Both the position numbers and the translations under genes were made by a program. This document shows positions 52,223 to 64,000 of a stretch of 64,000 nucleotides of DNA, piece by piece; within the stretch, counting starts at the first letter, position 1, and every line of letters begins with the position of its first letter. The DNA is from Azolla caroliniana (lineage: Eukaryota; Plantae; Polypodiophyta), in assembly GCA_043228905.1 (NCBI GenBank), contig JBHGNT010000001.1, positions 31,806,001 through 31,870,000 on the forward strand, written 5' to 3'. The notes under the pieces are model-generated. The model did not search any database and was not told where the DNA came from. It saw only the letters and a program-made list of their open reading frames with translations.

Positions 52223-52503
52223 TAATACTATATAGAAATGGGATTTAACAGCGAACAACAAAGCAGAGAGGTGATCGTAGGGGTATTATATTTATCTTAT
52301 TGCATCATTATATGTTCGATTAGTTGCGAAGAAAAATATCGTAGGAATAATTATATTTTTATCTTATTGCATCATTATGTCAAATTCGTTGTGAAGAAAA
52401 CATGTAACCTGAAACATTTGGTAAAAAATTGTAATACTTTCGAGAGGCTCACGTGCTGAAAATTGACGCGAGGAAATCTCTGCAGAAGCCCCCCCAATCC
52501 CCG

Positions 52504-52735
52504 AATCTTCAGTTTCTCAATTTAGCTTCCATGGCACCTGCCGTTGCAGAGAGCAACCTCTCCCTGAGACCACTGATCTGAATATATCCCTTCTCCTTCT
52601 TTTTCCCATACATCTTATGAATTGAGGATGTTCCTCAGGCCAATCTTCAGGCTCTCAATTTAGCTTCCATGGCACCTGCTGTTGTGAGACCATTGATCTG
52701 AATACATCCTTCTTCGTCTTCTTCCCATACATCTT
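52504..52735 (+). repeat. Tandem duplication in the probable ABCG 5' leader; each copy carries a short uORF
   Basis: tctcaatttagcttccATGgcacctgc...gagacca.tgatcTGAata...cccatacatctt twice. ORFs at 52531-52581 and 52669-52701. Confidence 0.8.
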
Positions 52736-53148
52736 CTCTTTATGAATTGTAAGTTCGTGCAAACGATCCGACCGCATCCGAATGTTAATCCAGCATCTGC
52801 TGCATCGTTCTAATGGAGCTTTCATGATACCTGCAGAAGAAGAAATACAGTATTAATTATGATCGGTGCTAAGAAACTGTACTTCATCTGATTAATAGTC
52901 CTCATATTTCTTCTTAATCCGAACATCGTCACCATCTTAGTAGGGTCAAGAAACAGAAATGATCCATACGAATACTTCTTTCTCAACTTCATCTTCTTGT
53001 GAAGCGGAAACAATCTTATACATGAAACATTCTTCTTCTTCTTCTTATCTTTTTATTACGGTTTCTCTCCATAACTTCATTACCTTCAGCTGAACAGCAG
53101 CATCTCATTACCAAGAAGTTTGCAGAAACATTAGTTATTTAAGTAGTG

Positions 53149-56100
53149 ATGGAAACCTCAGCAGCAGAATTAGACAAGGTGATGGAAAGTTCCACCTTTG
53201 ATCCTGTGAATTTGTTACAGGCAGGGCTTCCTGATCTGAAAGACAGAACTCTGAGCATTCAATGCCTCAAAAGAAGTCGCACAGTCAGTAGTGATGTTCC
53301 TCGTATAATGAGAAACCATAGCTCTTCTCAGGTTTTCCCTAACCCTATCTTTAACAATGAGATGGCACTGAAGGAGACATCTTTTAAACCACTACAGACT
53401 CCCCCCTCCTCATCTGCTTCTGTGCTTAATATATTACCTTCGCAAGAGCATGAAAAAAACAGCAGCACTGTGAATATTATTCCTGTAATTCCTGAAGACT
53501 ATTATTCTTCCTTGGCTGTTGCTCCACATGCTTCGTTGATCCACATTGTGATGCTTTACCATCAATCCATGTGTAGATATGGTCTTTCCGATGAAGCTTC
53601 AAAGATTGCAAACCTTCTGAAAGGATTGAAAGAGTCAGATGGAATGGAAATAACAAGCTTAGACCTTCGCGGCATTGACTTGTTGCTCAAAGATGGTCTC
53701 TTGGCTTTTTACTTGCGCATCCAGCCTTACCTCCCTCCTGTTCCTAGCCAGGTATTGGTCCGGTCACTGATGAATTAAAATGCCTACGAGATTATTAGAA
53801 ATTTTAACTGTTCACCTAACTTTGCTCAATCTTGCTTCCTTAAAGCACAATATTTTTTCCACGCATTATATATTCATTGCCGAATCAGCAAGGATCTGAA
53901 CTCCAAATTAACATCGATATTAGGATTTAAGTGTTTGAAAAGATGAACACTAGTGAGATTTGAGTACATTCTATACCATATTTGCCTTCCCTCTAACAAT
54001 ATAATAAAATCATTTCCCCCCTTAAAATGAACATTTCCGCCATGTCAAGAAGAAACTTTTATTAGTTATGGCCACGATTAAAGATTTTTATACTACTTCT
54101 GTAGTTCACTCATGTTCTCAATTAGCACATCTGTAATCTTAGACTTCAATACATAAATTGTCTTGTGCTTAATATTTTTCTGCATTCATCTGTTGGCATT
54201 AGCCTCACATTATGTACTGCTTCTAGTTCGTTCATTTAATAAGTGCTAATTATTATTTTAATGTTTGACAAGCTTATTTGCTTGTTTTTTGCTCATATAT
54301 GATGGTATGTTAATATTTGGATGGCATTTTTATGTGATGCATTTCATGTGTGGCACTTGTAACCGATGCTTTTAATATGACTTCCTCTGATGGAAAATAA
54401 CACCATTTTTCAAGTGAGCGCACTTTTTTTTAAACCATTTAAGAAGAATATAAAACAGCAATTTTTTGTATTGTGAAAATAAAACCATTTTCCAGTGCAT
54501 CTATTTGTTAGGCAAAGTATTTTATAATAATATAAACATCATATTTATTTTGTGAAACATTTAATTAACAATACCCTTTTCTTAATAGCATATTAGAAAG
54601 TTATTAAGAACACATTTTCCTTAAAATTAGATAAGAAAGTTGAAAGATATAAACAAAAAGTAAAATATCGGATGTATTAGCTTTTAGGATTCCTACATGT
54701 GATTTTCATTGTTCAAGGGCTAAATTTATTCCGGGGGAAATGACTTTCCTTAGTTCAAATTTCAATTGTATTTTATATATGTAAAATTTATAATATCAAA
54801 GAAAGACATCTCAAGTAAATGTTTCAACAATTGCTCATAACTTCCGCATGTAGTAGTATTATATGATTTTCAAATAGCTATCTCATGAGTTTAAAGGTTT
54901 TTTGAATAAACATGTATCAAAGTTAATTTTGACCTCTGTTGGAAATGCAGATTGTGAAGTTTAAATCCTTATCTTATACCACAGATATATATGTTACAAA
55001 TGCTGCTTATGAAACTATATTAACCAAGGTGAGTAAACCGTTTTTCCTTAAATATCTCCCTCTTTATAAACATGCAAGCTAAATCTAATTTATAGTGGTT
55101 AAACTCTCTTTGGTTAAGCAATGCCAAAGGAAGGCCATATTTGACGTTGAGGTCTAGTTGAAGCAGAGAAGTGAGAAGCTTTCCTGATTATGCCAGGAAA
55201 AAACAGATATTTTTTATTATTATATAGTTGAGTTCCATAGGTTATTGATGAAGGAATACTAGTTGGGAAAAACTTGTTTCTTGGTTGGATCAGTTCTTGT
55301 ATTTAACCTTTTTTTTGTTGTAGGCCCATGTAAACAATCCATAGGCATTTCTGTGTGTAACTAACAGTCCTGCATGGCAATTTTCTATCTCTTTACTTGT
55401 GGAATTGAATACTAGAAAAACACATGGGCATCGCCTCCCATCGTCCCATGGTCATCTCAACAACTGAATTAAACTATTAAGCTTCCTTTCAATAGTTTGT
55501 CACTTTCTATTGGGGGGTTGTAAACTCACTTCCATATTGACCATGAACTGAAAGCTCTGTTAACCATTGAGTTTGAAATCCTTCTTAATCACTTTGTGCT
55601 TCTAGGATTATTCTTCTCTTTAAATTCTGTGTTTATCGTTCCTTTCTTGCAGTTTATTCAATGTGTGCAAGGTCCCTTGGGAAAAAAGGAACAGCCTGAA
55701 AAGGTCAAATTATTGAAGGACGTTTCGGGATATCTAATGCCTGGTACATTGACACTTGTTTTAGGTGAGACACAGTTAATATTCCATTTTGAATCTAGTT
55801 AGAGAAGCGTATAAAAGAAGACTAAAGAATCCATGCTGGAACAAAAGGTGCAATAAACCATTTACGATATTTAAATTTGATTTCTGGGAGCATGTTGTAA
55901 ATACTTAACTTTATAGTTGAAATGCCAGTCGGAAATGTAATTCAGAGTTTCGAATATGCCAAAGAAGTCAAGTAGTAACATCAAAGTTTGGAAATGTCTG
56001 TTGGTATACAAACATAGGTAAGTGGAATAACAGAAAGGTTTTGAAAATAGATTAAAAAAAAAGTATCCATATCAGATTGTCTTGTTATTCTAGCAAAGAG

Positions 56101-59100
56101 ATTCTATTATGCAAATGGAAAAAAATGTATAAAATGCCACTCCAGAGTACCAGAATTACCAAAATGACATTCAAGTCCACCAAATTACTGGAATGTTATG
56201 ATGCATGAACTACAGATTTGAGATATGCTTTGAAGATGCCATGGCGAAACCGAAACCAAAACCAAGAAGACTGCTGCTGAAGCCAAAATTCATGATTAAT
56301 TTTCTTCTTAACTAATTAAGGCAATTAACTTCCACCCATCATTTGGTATTTATGGTTAGATTTAAACTAATCAGATACAAAAAAGATATGCGACTTTGTT
56401 GATGGAGAAACTCCAATGGTGTAGCTATAAACCATTCTTCGGGTGCTGTATTTTATGGCAAAGAGTTTTTATCTTCGTTTACCTTCCCGTTATAATAAAT
56501 CACCAGGCATATTCTTGATAATGGTTCAATGCTGGGAGTGAGCTATTGGTCAAAGGCCATTCTACATTTGACTCTTCAAATACGTGAAGAGGCCATAATA
56601 TTGACATTTGGTTCCCAGGCAGTAGGTGAGAAATATGTATTACATGGCAATTGGCACAGACCTGAGGCACCTGTGATGCTGTGGTTCATGTGCAGATCTC
56701 TGTTGCCATATTTGATATTTAAAAACTCCCTACAGTGTGACATTAGTCTCAGTCATTCAAAACTCTGAATCCTGAAAATGGTTTGATGCATTGGAAATGT
56801 GAATTGAGTCTCGTACATACAAACTGGAATGGGCTCGTAAGCTTCGATTTATTTGTAAAATTTAAATTTAAGTGTGAATATTTTATGGAAAACAGAATTA
56901 TTCCGCCAATTTGGATGCTTTGAAAGCGTATTGATAGTGGTAACTACCTTTATGCAGGACCGCATGGATGTGGTAAAGGAAGTCTACATCGTCTTCTTTC
57001 TGGACATGCAACTACTCCAGAGGGACTGATCACATATAACGACGAACATATAAGAAATATAGCAGTACATGATTTGGCAGCTATGGTAGAACGTTTTGAT
57101 AATCATCTCCCTCTTCTCACTGTAAGAGAGACTATTGAGTTTGCCAGGAAATGTCTCTTAACATTTCAACCCAAGCATTTTGGACCTGAGTTGCTTGAGA
57201 TTATGGGAGATGCCTTAAAGATTGGGCAAGATCCAAAAGTTGAAATAATTTTAAGCATGTTAGGTTTGAAGCATGTAGCAGATCGATTTGTCGGAAGTTC
57301 ATCGAACCCTAGCATTGCAGAGGATGAAAGGCGCAGATTGACTGCAGCTGAGATGTTTACAGGTGCCCATGCTGTATATTTTCTGGATGAACTGAATACA
57401 GCTGCAGAGGATTCAGTATCGTATGATCTACTAACTGCTATAAGAATATTTACACGTGTTCGACAAATAACTTTTATGGCATCTCTTTTTCAACCAACTT
57501 GTGAGGTTTTTGATCTCTTTGATAGATTGATCCTTCTAAACCAGGGACACATAGTTTATCAGGGTCCTCGTCAAGATGCCTTACCATATTTTGAAAGTAT
57601 TGGGTGAGAAGTTTTCTGAACTCAAATCTTATGCTTTCAATAAAGTGATGAAATCTCTTGTTTGAATCCAAAAGCCATATTATTCTACTTGGAAGATAGG
57701 TTGTGCACCATAAAGTTCTTGTATACTGATGGCCAATCATAGACGGAGCAAACAGTTTTGTATGCATAAAAACTACTATTTGTACTTCGTTGCATAACTG
57801 ATATTCCAGTATTTCAGTTTTTAAACTTCTACAATTTTTCAAGCAGCGCTAATACTGAAACAATCAATTTCAGGTATAAAAAACCAAAGCATGTTAGTAT
57901 TGGAGAGTTTTTGCAAGAAGTTACAACAACAGATGGGGCAGCATATCTTAGACCTGGATTCAAAAAGATGGAAATAGAAGACTTTGTTGATGCTTATAAG
58001 AGTTCAAACATGTATAGAGATATTTGCAGAATCTTGGATAATCCAGAGCTTGTCCAAGAGTTATGGGTTCAGGTTAAGCTCTTTCCAAACAAATTGTATA
58101 TTTTTTTCTTAATTTTAGATCTTGTGCACTTTGCTCATTGAATTAGTATGCTATTTATTATTATTATCTTTTTTTTCCAGCTTGTTCTCAGTTAAAACGA
58201 ACTAACTGTCATTACTGATCGGAGAATTTTCTCTCTTTAAAAGTAAAAGATCCAGTGACATCTTCAGTTCTCATAGTTTCAATGCATGTGGAGATCATCA
58301 GGGCTGTTAAATACAAACAGGCATCCCTTGTTTCTAATTCAGAAAAATGAAGTTCCACGATGATCAAATATTTGAGAATGATGAACACAAAATCTGTGAC
58401 GTTGTATGAATGAGTATCTGAATATTGTGAGGAAAAAATGTGTATGTTTCATTTTTTGTAGGAATTAGGGGTTCTATCTGAAAACTGACCTGAGAAACTT
58501 TCAGAATAAGTGGCGAAGGTCTTGGGACATTCAAACCAACATTAATGCCTAAACCAATTAGTTATGATGCAGCATAGGATATTATCATGCATTGACAGAA
58601 TAATTTGACCGAACATGTTGTAGAAACGAAAAAGAAAATTTGAAGCATATTGCTTATGAACTGATTTGATTGAATTATCTGTTGAAGAAAATGATCCCAA
58701 AACGTCCGCACCCAAAATTATATTTCGTGTTGCAATGGTAAGTGTCTGAGGGCTCAGGGAATCCAAACTAACGTTAATACTTAATATAATTAGTTATGAT
58801 GCAACATATGAGATTATCAAGCATTGACTTAATAATTAGATTGAATGTGCTATAGAAATGAAAAGGAATACTTGAAGCATATTGTTTAGTATCCAACTTT
58901 AATAGGAAGGATGATATGAAAAAATAGACAAAGTCTTATCAATAGAGAAATGGTAGTATTGATTTAGCTATGTTTTTATATGATAACCAGGTCACAGTTT
59001 CATATATTATTTAAATTATCTAGAATAAATGTCTAGATTTACAATATATTCTAGCGAAACGGTGAGGAATAAACTCTCCACTCGTTTGACCATTTCCTTT

Positions 59101-62100
59101 GATATTATGTCATATTTGCTACCTGTTCATTTATTGTAGGGCTCACATCAATTCAAACTGGATCTGGTAAAAAATCAGGATTTGGTAGGGCCTAAAAATA
59201 TTGTTTCGATAGTACCAAACAAGGATGGAAGTCCAGCCAACATTTCTATGGATCAAACTACAGGAGTGCATCTCAATGATAAAGTTGTTGCTTTCGGCGG
59301 TATCGGAGAGCAACTTCAGTACATTGATACCCTTGACTCTTCAAATCTATTAAATGAGAATCTGTTAAACACATTGGAACAATCTATTCAGCCTGCTCGA
59401 TTACAATTGGAACGAAAATTCATAAAGGTTGAATCTATTTTTCTTTGCAAACATAGTCCCTATAGACATGGTATTTTTGAGTCCTAATCCATATACAATT
59501 AAGCATTTTATTTGTTCTTGCAGGTAAACTCTTCATTTGGAAAGCGTCATGGAGATTATGTTCTTGGATGGAAATCAGAAATACTTCTTTTGACAAAGCG
59601 CGAAATAAAAGTTACTTGTCGGAATATGTTTGGTCTATATGCACGAGTCTTCCAAGTGTGTACATTTCTCTTTGTTTATAATAAACAGCTACATAATGAA
59701 ACATTTGGTAATCGTTTGGCTGAGATCATGCAAATTCAGTACACAATTAATAAAACTATAGTATAGATAAGTACAGACAAGCCTTATAAATAGAGTGAAC
59801 TAGAGAGGGACACTTCAGTAAAAGATATTAGTCTCCTTTTTATATATTAATCTATTTACTTCATGTGAGGATCAATTAGTGTAAGGACCATTTATGGGCC
59901 GTTTTGAAGTTATGTAGGAGAACAACTATTTTAATTAGGGCTAACCATCCATGTAGCCCTTCCTGCCCCTCCCTTTTTGTGTATAAACGTTTTTTCTATG
60001 AACAGAAGTGGTGGTTATGAATGCAACCCTGAGTAAAAGTTGTATCTTAGTTGTTGAGAGAAGAGAGAGCTTAGAACCTGTTCTTTTATTCTCCAGTACT
60101 TGTAATCACTTATATTTCTTGATCAAGTATTAAGAGTGTGTTGTTGATGTATGTTTCGATCTTCTTAACATAGCATTCATTGTCATATTCTTAATCTCGT
60201 TCACTATTGGATGTTCACCAGCTTAGCAACCACATATAGACATGAAAGTTCACTATTGGATGTGCAACACATGAGACAATGAAATCTTGTGGCAAATAAG
60301 CCAATGATGAATACATTAAAGTTAGGACGAAGTGGTAATCACATGGGAGAAATGCCATATATTTGTCAAATAAAACACCTCTACGGTAGATAAGGACATG
60401 CATTGCATGATATAGCATCTGCAATATTTCAGGCTCCCAAATTTCAACAGTCAGGTATAAGATGTCTTATATAACCGCCACATATTGCATGGTTAGTGGG
60501 AGCGTTTGCAAGGCTCAATGGAGTGTGATTGATGGGAAGCGGCAATATTCTTTGATATACATCATTCCAAGATCTCATATAAAACTATGTGCCTCCTAAT
60601 TAGATATTTACTAAGAGTTTTATAAGAGATGCTCTCTATGCTTCTGTCTAACCAATATTGAAATATCAGAGCAATAATTTGATGACTGTACACATGGAAA
60701 CATCACAAAATCTGCATTCCACAAAATATGTGAGATCTGTGTCTTTCTTGTGTATGTTTAACATGAAATGAAAGTTGATTTGGATTTCTGGGAATTCATG
60801 TTTCCAATGTGCTATATCATCAAAAAACATGGTATTATCTCAGGCTGGCTGCCATACACATTTATGGATGGTGGTGCAGTGCAACTCACATTAAATCTAT
60901 AAATTAATATTTTCATATATTAATTAAATTATATCTATTCCAATGCAACTATTTGACATTCTTGTTATGTGCAGGTTTTGATTCTCAGCCTCTTTATTGG
61001 ATTTCTCTTGTTTAGAGTTAAAAATGATGCAGACCAGACAAATATGAATCTCTTTCGGACTGCGTTCTTTGTCTCAATTCTAAACATGACAAATATTAAT
61101 CTGGGCCTACTTCCTACTTTAATGGAGGAACGGAAAGTATACTACAAGCAGACAACAGCTCACTTCTTTCGCCCTATGTCATATCTCCTTGGAAAGATTC
61201 TGGGCAGTGTGCCTTTCTCCTTATGTGAGGTTGTACATGTTTTTCTGATTCCTTTGTTTGTGCAAGTGCCTTTATCATATGCAATAAATTACAAAAGCCA
61301 TCATCCTAAACAGTTCAGTGTAGACATATAACCATTGGATAACCTTAACCTTCATGAGAAGGCACATGGATTCAAAGTCATTTTAGGAAACATCATTCAT
61401 TATCTGTTTTTGCAAGTGTATTTATCATATACACTAAATTACAAAATCCATGCAGTGTCAAAATATAATCTTCGGATAACCTTAACTCTCATAAGGAAAC
61501 ACATAGACTCAAAGTCTTTGCAGAAAACAGTATCTATCCAATTCTAATAAAATCATTCTTGGTTCAATGTTAGAAAAAAACTTTATAAAGTTGAGTTCAA
61601 TTCCACTGCATGGCGACTTGATTTCAGTTTAGTTCCTTCACAGATTGAAGTACATAAAATTCCTTTCTTTTTCAATATATAACTCTCAAATTCATTCTAT
61701 AGTATCCCATGAAAGTCGAATGATATTCCATTCTGGTCCACCTCCAAAGTAAAAAATGAAGATTAGAGAAGAAGATGGCAAGATCTGTCCTTTCTACTGA
61801 TTCCCAAAGTTGGGAAAGAAAGTCATAGATGAAGCTGGTTAATTATTTGCCCTGTCCAAGTCCACTAACCTCACGAGCACGGGGATGCTGTCAATGCACA
61901 AGAACTCCTCAATCCCAAATTGATACCATCTAGATGCTCTATAATTGAAAGTAGAGGCATGGTGTTATAACAATGTAAATCTGTCAAAATATTAGTTTTG
62001 AGGGGGAAATTGAATGTTACTAATGACGTTTTGTGGGCGTTCCTTCTCTCTTTATAGGCCATCTCGTGACTTTTGACCCTACATTTACTGAAACTAGTAT

Positions 62101-63317
62101 CAACCCTACACAAAATCTGATACATGTCTAGTTCTAGTCTTTTCAAGAATCAATATAGGACAGTCTTTGATAAGCATGTTTAGAGGTGAGGACTTACGAT
62201 TTTTCATTATTTAGAGTCCTGCAAACAATTGATATCTGAATTTACATTGCAGGCGACAATATGGACGTTCATAGTTTATTTCTTAACAGGCCTGAGCATC
62301 ACGAATGGAGGATGGCATTTCTTTGTCTATTATTTGGTGATTATTTTGACAGTTTTAAATGGAGCGTCTATGGTTCGATTCTTTAGCTTTTTTGCTCCTA
62401 GTAAAGAGAAAGCTGGGATGTTTACAGGTATATCAATTACTGTCTATGTAGTGGAAACGTTGTGGGTTATTGTAAATATATCTAGATCGTTCAAGGTTTC
62501 TTTAGTTATGTCTCTGTTTCCAGCGATGGTTTTATCTGGATGACAGGTCTTCTTGTGGCAATTTTTGTTTTGTTTGCGGGGTTTCTATTACCTCGCTTCA
62601 AGGTTCCAAAGTACTGGCTTTGGGTATATTATATAAACCCATTTCAATGGGCCATAACAGCCTTGGTTATTAACGAATACAACTCTTCCAGCTATGGTCA
62701 ATTATGCAAGGATGTTCCAGACCTGAGTAAAATCCCCCAATGTACTGGTAGACCAAATGACACAGTTGGTCATGCATTCCTTGCGAGGGGACAGTTTTAT
62801 ACAAGTAATCACTGGATTGCTGTTTCTGTAGCTGTAATGTTTGGGTGGATATTACTCTGGAACATTTTCAGCTATTTCGCCATGTTGAAATTGCAGCATG
62901 GAAAGATAATCACAAAAGTTCAACCGGCTGAATCAAAGGTAGGTAAAGTGATAGTTTTTCTGTTTATTACATATTGAGGTGCCTGAAAGAAATATCTCCT
63001 TTAATGGATTTACATTCCTGATTTATCTTGCTTAGATATTTCAGGATATACTAACAATATTTCTGATTTTCTGCAGGGAAAAGTAAATGTTGAGATAAAG
63101 CTACAAGATATCGAGTCGTCTGTAATGGAACTATCTCATACAGCAATTCCAGTTACACTCTCATGGCATGAGCTGAATTATGATATCATGGTACCTTCCT
63201 TTAGGACTCCTCGCAGTATCCTTAACTACGTCTCTGGATGGGGGGAACCTAATGATATGGTAGCATTCCTTGGAAATCACGGAGCAGGAAAGACAACCCT
63301 GCTCAACTGTCTTTCAG
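53149..63317 (+). CDS. Full-size ABCG (PDR-like) transporter, divergent, 3'-partial (NBD1-insert-TMD1-start of NBD2)
   Basis: Exons 53149-53751, 54951-55028, 55653-55764, 56958-57603, 57874-58072, 59140-59427, 59524-59655, 60975-61229, 62253-62427, 62547-62938, 63077-63317 join in phase. PDR motifs: LLKDVSGYLMPGTLTLVLGPHGCGK, LTVRETIEFA, SLFQPTCEVFDLFDRLILL.QGHIVYQGPR, FLQEVT, ERKVYYKQ, FAGFLLPRFKVPKYWLWVYYINPFQW..ALVINEY, and the second Walker A GNHGAGKTTLL. Confidence 0.92.
58556..58888. repeat. Diverged ~100-bp duplication in ABCG intron 5
   Basis: aattagttatgatgca.cata...attatca.gcattgac...tagaaa.gaaaa...ttgaagcatattg at ~58556 and ~58788. Confidence 0.75.
59880..60170. mobile_element. 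Possible solo-LTR remnant in ABCG intron 7
   Basis: TGTAAG...CTTAACA ends, an internal TATAAA, a GA-rich tract and cttgtaat. There is no clean 5-bp TSD; only TAG is shared on both flanks. Confidence 0.35.
61257..61517. repeat. Diverged ~125-bp duplication in ABCG intron 8
   Basis: tgcaagtg..tttatcatat.ca.taaattacaaaa.ccat...ggataaccttaac...cacat.ga.tcaaagtc twice. Confidence 0.75.
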
Positions 63318-64000
63318 GTATTCTAGGGCATGCCTCCTATGATCATTTGAAACCCTTCAATTTCAGAGATTTGAATAAGAGCATCTTCAACTATTTTCTT
63401 GGCATATGGATTTCTTGATTTACTTTAAATGGGGAAGGAATCAGGATGGTCATTTGCCACTGGCCAAATTCCCCAATCCTCTTGTTGATATCTTTAGCTT
63501 AGCCAGCAGCACTAAAATTTTGGTTGGTTAGAAAGAAATGGGTCATGAAGGATTGTGAGTTGATACTCCACATATTGTCATATTGCTGAGTGCCATTATG
63601 TATTGATAAATTTCTAGATTCCATAAGGTGCCTTAGGCCAATCCCTCTTCTGTGGATCCACTATAAAATTTCCAAATGGCCCCACTTGATACGCTAAGTC
63701 TGGCTGATATTGTGCAAATACAAGAGATTCCTGACCAGAATCTGATGTTTTTCCTCTCAGTGTTTCCAGTTCCATTCTTCATCAGCTTCAGATTGTCCTC
63801 CATGACCAGTGATAGTCAGCTTGCAGTCCTCCTTATGAGCACTTGGTCTGAGAGACACACACTTGTATCCTTCGATGCACCTCTAGTGCCCAGAATGATT
63901 CAGGCATGTAAAGTGCAGCTTTCTTAATGGATACTGCAAGTAGGAGATCTCTGTGGAACAACCATAGGCTTAAACTGAACTTCGTTATCCTTCAATGCAC

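Noticed and set aside
4607-63317. Functional gene cluster (e.g. sperm or flagellar genes)
   Set aside because: The genes have unrelated functions and mixed orientations. The DnaJ has an ordinary plant class B structure with HPD, and there is no sequence evidence of co-regulation.

Overview
Intron-rich eukaryotic land-plant DNA, probably a fern or another seed-free plant. That assignment is an inference from the fern-type PLS-PPR repeats and a centriole-type SFI1-like gene. There is one 100-N scaffold gap at 38100-38199. By manual splicing I find seven genes: (1) an uncharacterised plant protein on the minus strand that runs off the left edge and is missing from the ORF track; (2) a ~38-exon, ~1,900-aa SFI1-like centrin-binding repeat protein; (3) an 11-exon MRS2/MGT Mg2+ transporter; (4) an intronless PLS-class PPR with a truncated E domain; (5) a 3-exon class B DnaJ; (6) a 7-exon plastid transaldolase; (7) a full-size ABCG/PDR-like transporter that runs off the right edge. 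The ABCG gene is the most unusual. Its first nucleotide-binding domain is degenerate at Walker A, Q-loop, signature and D-loop, and a symmetric 288-nt exon encoding a PDZ-like segment lies between NBD1 and TMD1. Other observations are an orphan PPR E-domain fragment flanked by a 20-bp direct repeat just downstream of the truncated PPR, scrambled sugar-porter fragments, duplicated uORFs, candidate GC-AG introns and many local duplications. All family calls come from motif recognition by eye, with no database search.
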